Of a stretch of 33,021 nt of DNA, positions 28,170 through 33,021 are shown one piece after another (positions within the stretch are counted from its first letter, which is position 1; each line of letters begins with the position of its first letter). Source of the DNA: Candidatus Omnitrophota bacterium (GTDB lineage Bacteria; Omnitrophota; Gorgyraeia; Zapsychrales; Zapsychraceae); assembly GCA_029567025.1 (NCBI GenBank), contig JAKQLT010000217.1, positions 1-33,021 of the forward strand, in the 5' to 3' direction. The position numbers were made by a program, and so were the translations under genes. The notes under the pieces were generated by a model, which did no database searches, had not been told where the DNA came from, and worked only from the letters and a program-made list of their open reading frames with translations.

Positions 28170-29891
28170 ATGGAAACAAATCTTTTCGAAGGTTTAAAGG
28201 TTTATCAAAAACGTGTTTTTGTGCCGGAAAACGCGGATTTAATGGACGAGCAAGTTATTAAAGAAATGTTTAACACGTTATTGCATAAACGCATAAATTT
28301 TTTCCAGGAATTTGAAGAATGGATTTTAAATCGTTCGGAATTAGAATCAGTTTTGGATCAGCACGGCGCTATTTTATATATTCGTATGACGTGCCAGACG
28401 GACGACGTGGTGCGCGCGCAGGCGTATACGCGATTTATAGAAACGATAGCCCCGGTGATAAAACCGCTTGAAGACGCGTTGAATAAAAAATATTTAGAAC
28501 TTCTACAGTCGTTTCCTTTGCCTGAGCGTTATGATATTTATAGCCGAGAGATAAAAGTTGATGTGTCTTTGTTTCGAGAAGAAAATATTTCTTTGGAAAA
28601 AGAATTAGAACTTTTATCACAGGAATATCAGAAGATTTCAGGAGCTATGACCGTTTTTTTTCAAGGCGAAGAAAAAACGATGCCGCAAATGGCGACATAT
28701 TTGCTTAATCCTCAGAGAAATTTACGAGAATCTGCGTGGAGGGTGACGGCTTCTCGTCGGTTACAAGATAAAGATGCATTAGAGGGGATTTTTAATAAAA
28801 TGGTTTTACTCCGTCATAAAATTGCCCAGAATGCGGGATTTAAAAATTACGCGGAATATAAATTTCAGGCCCTGCATCGTTTTGATTATAACCTTGCGGA
28901 TTGCAAGCAATTTCATCAAACGGTTGAAAAGAGTATCGTCCCTGTTTTAAGGAAAATGTTAGAAAAAAGAAAAGAAATCATGGGGCTTGAGGCGCTTCGT
29001 CCGTGGGATGTAGCGGTTGACGCGTTATCGCGGCCTGCTTTAAGGCCTTTTGAAAAAACCGAAGATCTGATAATCGGTTGCCAGAAGATTTTTCATCAAC
29101 TCGATGAAGCGCTGGGCGCAACGTTTGAGGGCATGAGACAAGATAACCTTTTGGATCTGCAAAGCCGTAAAGGCAAGGCTCCCGGCGGATATCAGTCAAC
29201 GCTACAGGAATTTCGCAAGCCGTTTATTTTTATGAATGCCGTCGGTACAGACCAAGACGTGCGCACGCTTCTTCATGAGTCGGGACACGCGTTTCACGCG
29301 CTTTTGTGCGCTGATGAGCCGTTATTGGATTATCGTCACGCTCCTATGGAGTTTTGTGAAGTAGCATCAATGAGTATGGAATTGTTGGCCGGAAATTTTT
29401 TAGGCGTTTTTTATAAAAACGCAGAAGATGTCAAAAGATCTCAAGTTGATCATTTAGAAGATTGTTTGTCTGTCTTAGCGTGGGTGGCGACGATTGACGC
29501 GTTTCAGTTTTGGATTTATGAGAATCCGGACCATTCTTTAGAAGATAGAAAAAAGGCCTGGTGTGAAATTTATCGACGGTTTAGTTCCCAAGTGGTTGAT
29601 TGGTCAGACTTATCTCAAGAGGAAAATTATTTATGGCATCGGCAGTTGCATATTTTCGAAGTTCCGTTTTATTATATCGAATACGCTATCGCGCAATTAG
29701 GCGCCTTACAGATTTGGCTTAATGCTAAAAAAGATTTCAAAAAAACGATGCGTCAATATAAAGAGGCGTTGTCTTTAGGTGGTTCGCAAAAATTACCCGA
29801 ACTGTTTGAAAAGGCAGGTATTGTTTTTGATTTTTCAGAAAGAACGATTAAGCCGCTTGCCACTCTTTTAGAAAAAGAAATCGGCTTATAA
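28170..29891 (+). CDS. M3 family oligoendopeptidase (PepF-like)
   Basis: GKAPGGY, HESGH, EVASM, HIFEVPFYYIEY. Confidence 0.93.
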   Translation: METNLFEGLKVYQKRVFVPENADLMDEQVIKEMFNTLLHKRINFFQEFEEWILNRSELESVLDQHGAILYIRMTCQTDDVVRAQAYTRFIETIAPVIKPLEDALNKKYLELLQSFPLPERYDIYSREIKVDVSLFREENISLEKELELLSQEYQKISGAMTVFFQGEEKTMPQMATYLLNPQRNLRESAWRVTASRRLQDKDALEGIFNKMVLLRHKIAQNAGFKNYAEYKFQALHRFDYNLADCKQFHQTVEKSIVPVLRKMLEKRKEIMGLEALRPWDVAVDALSRPALRPFEKTEDLIIGCQKIFHQLDEALGATFEGMRQDNLLDLQSRKGKAPGGYQSTLQEFRKPFIFMNAVGTDQDVRTLLHESGHAFHALLCADEPLLDYRHAPMEFCEVASMSMELLAGNFLGVFYKNAEDVKRSQVDHLEDCLSVLAWVATIDAFQFWIYENPDHSLEDRKKAWCEIYRRFSSQVVDWSDLSQEENYLWHRQLHIFEVPFYYIEYAIAQLGALQIWLNAKKDFKKTMRQYKEALSLGGSQKLPELFEKAGIVFDFSERTIKPLATLLEKEIGL

Positions 29892-30000
29892 AAATTTTTA
29901 TAAAAAAAATAAGGATTTTTTTAGCCAAGCCAATCTTCTGTGTTATAATGACAAAAAATAAATATAAAAGATAAAAATCTTTTTAAGAAAGGCGGGAATT

Positions 30001-30594
30001 ATGAAATCTGTTAAATATCTATTAATAGTATTATTTTTATTGTGCGTCATTCCAGCTTTTGCCCTTAAAGGTGTTTTAGCGACAGAGGAAGATATGACGG
30101 CCCTTAAAAAAGATATTTTGGCGGGTAATATCCAGGCCGGGAAAACTCGTTTAAGCGAGATTCAGGAAAAATACGGAGAAGCCGCGAGTATTAAAGAAAC
30201 AGATAAAACGATTATTTATGATTATAACGGCAATTTGAAAATAGAATTTGAGAAAAAATGTTATATGCGCAAATGGGAATATGATTATTCCCAACCGCAG
30301 CAATATCGTAACACCACTGAAATTAAACAGCTTCGAAAAGATTTGGCGGCTGAAAGAGTCGCCGGAGAGTATGTTGAGTTTAATGAAAAAATTGTTAAGG
30401 ATTATAAAAAGCCAACAGCCGCTTTTGAAAAATTCGGTGATGGAGAGCTTTCGATTTATTATTATGGGGAGCTTAAGTTGACTTTTGAGAATGTGTACGC
30501 GGTAAAAAAGTGGGAAGGCAAAGAATTGGATAAATTGGAAACGGGTGTTTTGACATCTTCCTCAGCGGTTTTATCCACAGCAGAGAAAAAATGA
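30001..30594 (+). CDS. Exported hypothetical protein with two internal repeats
   Basis: Signal peptide; duplicated LxKD..A...Y.G.LK..FE.....KWE unit. Confidence 0.75.
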   Translation: MKSVKYLLIVLFLLCVIPAFALKGVLATEEDMTALKKDILAGNIQAGKTRLSEIQEKYGEAASIKETDKTIIYDYNGNLKIEFEKKCYMRKWEYDYSQPQQYRNTTEIKQLRKDLAAERVAGEYVEFNEKIVKDYKKPTAAFEKFGDGELSIYYYGELKLTFENVYAVKKWEGKELDKLETGVLTSSSAVLSTAEKK

Positions 30595-30609
30595 TTTATT
30601 CATATTCTC

Positions 30610-30651
30610 TTTTAACCTTTTCCCCACCCCGGGGGTGAGGGAAGGTTAAAA
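30610..30651. repeat. Family A palindrome copy 4
   Basis: ttttaaccttttccccaccccgggggtgagggaaggttaaaa. Confidence 0.85.
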
Positions 30652-30661
30652 GAAAGCCAGC

Positions 30662-31210
30662 ATGATATTTCATAAAGATAGATATAAGAAAAAAGTCGTT
30701 ATTGCCGAAGGCCAATTTATTCGTTTTGTTAAAAGAGGCCATTGGGAATATTTTGAGCGTAATAATTGCGGCGGCATGGTGATTATTTTGGCCATGACCA
30801 AGAAGCAAGAAGTTTTATTTGTCGAGCAATACCGTCCGCCGGTGGATAATGTGGTCATTGAATTTCCTGCCGGGTTAGTTAAAGATAAAAAGAAAAAAGA
30901 ATCTTTTGTTCAAGCGGCGCGTCGTGAATTATTAGAAGAAACAGGTTATCACGCTAAAAAGATAAAGAAAATCCTTTATGGCCCGGCCTCAAGCGGCATG
31001 ATGTCAGATATGTTGACGGTTATGATGGCGTTTGATTTGAAAAAAGTAAACGGCGGTGGCGGAGATGAAAGCGAAGATATCAAAGTGCATCAAATTCCTT
31101 TTTTTAAAGTTGAGAAATGGCTTGAAGCTATGCGAAAGAAAGGTAAGCTCGTGAGCCCGCGTATTTACGCTGGACTTTATCTTTTGGCAAAATATAATAA
31201 ACTTAAATAA
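30662..31210 (+). CDS. NUDIX hydrolase (ADP-ribose pyrophosphatase-like)
   Basis: VEQYRPP, EFPAG, AARRELLEETGY Nudix box. Confidence 0.92.
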   Translation: MIFHKDRYKKKVVIAEGQFIRFVKRGHWEYFERNNCGGMVIILAMTKKQEVLFVEQYRPPVDNVVIEFPAGLVKDKKKKESFVQAARRELLEETGYHAKKIKKILYGPASSGMMSDMLTVMMAFDLKKVNGGGGDESEDIKVHQIPFFKVEKWLEAMRKKGKLVSPRIYAGLYLLAKYNKLK

Positions 31211-31241
31211 CCTTTCCTCACCCCGGGGGTGGGGGAAGGGT
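31209..31241. repeat. Family A palindrome copy 5
   Basis: aacctttcctcaccccgggggtgggggaagggt. Confidence 0.85.
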
Positions 31242-31270
31242 AAGGTAAATTAAAAACGAAGGAGACAACA

Positions 31271-32278
31271 ATGGTTTCATACAAACAATTAGGTTTTGTT
31301 AACACCAAAGAAATGTTCGCTAAAGCATTTAAAGGCCAATACGCTATTCCCGCCTATAATTTTAATAATATGGAACAAATTCAGGCGATTATTACGGCCT
31401 GTGTGGAAACGCAATCGCCGGTTATTTTGCAGGTTTCCAGCGGCGCGCGTAAATACGCGAATCAAGTCCTTTTGCAATATATGGGGCAAGGCGCGATAGA
31501 GATGATGAAGGCTTACGCTAAAGAAAAAGGATTGAAAGAAATTCCTATCGCGCTTCATTTGGATCACGGCGACACCTTTGAATTATGCAAATCCTGTATT
31601 GAAACAGGTTTTTCATCCGTTATGATTGACGGCTCGCATCATTCTTTTAATGATAATATTGCCTTAACCAAAAAAGTGGTTGAATACGCGCATCAACATG
31701 ATGTCACGGTTGAAGGCGAGCTTGGCGTTTTAGCCGGGATTGAAGATGAGGTTTCTTCCGCCGTTTCTCATTATACAAAGCCCGAAGAAGTCATTGAATT
31801 TGTCAGTAAAACCGGCGTTGATTCTTTGGCGATTTCAATTGGAACATCCCACGGCGCAAATAAATTTAAACCAGAACAATGCACGAAAAATGCGGATGGT
31901 GTTTTAGTTCCGCCGCCTTTACGTTTTGATATTTTAGAAGAAATTGAAAAGAAAATTCCGGGATTTCCTATTGTCCTTCATGGATCTTCTTCTGTTCCGG
32001 TTGACGCTGTTAAAATGATTAATTCAAATGGCGGAGCGCTTAAAGATTCTATCGGTATTCCTGAAGAACAACTTCGACGCGCGGCAAAATCTGCAGTGTG
32101 TAAAGTAAATATTGACTCCGACGGACGGCTTTGGATGACAGCCGCGATACGAAAAGTATTTGTTGAGAAACCAGCGGAATTTGACCCGAGAAAATATTTA
32201 GGCCCGGCAAGGGATGCATTGGTCATGATGTATAAACATAAAAATCAAAATGTTTTGGGTTCAGCAGGCAAAGCGTAA
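31271..32278 (+). CDS. fba: Class II fructose-1,6-bisphosphate aldolase
   Basis: LHLDHG, SSVMIDGSH, VEGELG, GTSHG, VLHGSS, FDPRKYL. Confidence 0.96.
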   Translation: MVSYKQLGFVNTKEMFAKAFKGQYAIPAYNFNNMEQIQAIITACVETQSPVILQVSSGARKYANQVLLQYMGQGAIEMMKAYAKEKGLKEIPIALHLDHGDTFELCKSCIETGFSSVMIDGSHHSFNDNIALTKKVVEYAHQHDVTVEGELGVLAGIEDEVSSAVSHYTKPEEVIEFVSKTGVDSLAISIGTSHGANKFKPEQCTKNADGVLVPPPLRFDILEEIEKKIPGFPIVLHGSSSVPVDAVKMINSNGGALKDSIGIPEEQLRRAAKSAVCKVNIDSDGRLWMTAAIRKVFVEKPAEFDPRKYLGPARDALVMMYKHKNQNVLGSAGKA

Positions 32279-32298
32279 AGTTTTTTGGATTATTGGGC

Positions 32299-32323
32299 GG
32301 ACCGTTTTGGAAACGGTCCCTAC
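32299..32323 (-). repeat. GTAG-type REP-like hairpin (family C)
   Basis: Minus strand reads GTAG-GGACCGTTTCCAAAACGGTCC; a second gtaggg at ~32355. Confidence 0.55.
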
Positions 32324-32377
32324 GAGAAAAAGAAGGGAAAACTTTTTGTTTTTTGTAGGGCGCGATTCTCCGGGTTT

Positions 32378-32450
32378 GTCATTCCCGCATGCTTTAGGCG
32401 GGAATCCAGGTGGGAGTCATGGATCCCCGACAAAAGATTTCGGGGATGAC
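32378..32450. repeat. GTCATTCCC...GGGATGAC palindromic element (family B)
   Basis: gtcattcccgcatgctttaggcgggaatcca ... tggatccccgacaaaagatttcggggatgac; an extra ggaatgac end at ~32466-32474. Confidence 0.8.
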
Positions 32451-32506
32451 AGTTTTATGGAAGCCAGGAATGACATTTAAAAAAATATAAAAAAAGGATA
32501 AAAAAA

Positions 32507-33021
32507 ATGAAAAAAAATATAAATTTGCTTTTGTTCTTCTTTTTTATTTTTTTCGCAACATTATCTTTTGCTGGTTCGGTTTCTTTAACCACGTATTATC
32601 CTGCGCCGTTTGGTAATTATGACACGCTCCGCCTTGTGCCGCGAAGTGCTCCAGCGTGTCATGGGGATGGGGCTAATAGAGGGATTATGTATTTTGATAC
32701 AACGACGGATAGTTTTAATATTTGTGGAGCTGTTTATAATTTTGATACAGGAGCTAAATCGATTGTTTGGACGCCTGTTGAACAGTTTTGGCAACGAAAC
32801 CTCTCCTATCCTTATGCGATTATTGCATCTGGACATGAGGGTATTCCTGTTAAAAAGCTTATGGTTGGAATAAGGACAAAAGAACCTCGAGGGATTCTTG
32901 ATGTGAATGGCGGGAGTGCAGTCGATACTGATGGAGATGTAGAATCTATTTATCTTGAGGCTGAAAGCACATCTGCGGCCGTTGAAGGAGGAAGGATTTA
33001 TTTTATACCAGGGAGTGCCCC
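32507..33021 (+). CDS. Secreted 'LTTYYPAP' family surface/fibre-like protein (3' truncated by window)
   Basis: MKKNINLLLFFFFIFFATLSFA-GSVSLTTYYPAPFGNYDTLRL...VGIRTKEPRGILDVNG; aagga RBS; open to the window end. Confidence 0.8.
   Translation, partial: MKKNINLLLFFFFIFFATLSFAGSVSLTTYYPAPFGNYDTLRLVPRSAPACHGDGANRGIMYFDTTTDSFNICGAVYNFDTGAKSIVWTPVEQFWQRNLSYPYAIIASGHEGIPVKKLMVGIRTKEPRGILDVNGGSAVDTDGDVESIYLEAESTSAAVEGGRIYFIPGSA

Noticed and set aside
2265-31241. Family A palindromes as CRISPR repeats
   Set aside because: Dispersed single copies kb apart, no regular spacers, no cas genes
311-32226. Other short antisense or alternate-frame ORFs nested in housekeeping genes
   Set aside because: Shadow ORFs without RBS or recognisable motifs, fully overlapping well-supported genes
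32250-32873. ORFs 32250-32480, 32585-32836 and 32610-32873
   Set aside because: Translations of repeat DNA or shadow frames of the secreted protein starting at 32507

Overview
AT-rich bacterial chromosomal window. It is most likely from Omnitrophota (OP3, PVC superphylum); this is inferred from a PVC-type L28 and a secreted 'LTTYYPAPFG' protein. The housekeeping backbone is prfA(3' end)-prmC-murA-trpG-trpD-trpC-trpF ... trpB-trpA-M16 peptidase, a convergent secretin, rsfS-argS-recJ, rpmB, an M3 oligopeptidase, a NUDIX hydrolase and fba. Accessory material is interleaved: (1) a GT-C-like membrane protein split at a G9 tract; (2) a c-di-GMP-I riboswitch with an ~80-nt insertion in P3; (3) a four-helix-bundle pseudogene between inverted heptamer arrays; (4) an island at ~15.0-23.6 kb with an AAA/DUF4143 ATPase, an AbiEi/AbiEii pair with a degenerate toxin active site, and a candidate new RiPP system. 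The RiPP candidate has a frameshift-hidden ~49-aa precursor, a 21-bp hairpin and a radical SAM/SPASM enzyme, followed by an ABC exporter fused to a degenerate GGDEF domain and a short HlyD-like protein. An unannotated 56-aa ORF closely resembles the crenarchaeal chromatin protein CC1. Three families of short palindromic repeats are scattered through the window. All family assignments come from motif recognition by eye; no searches were run.
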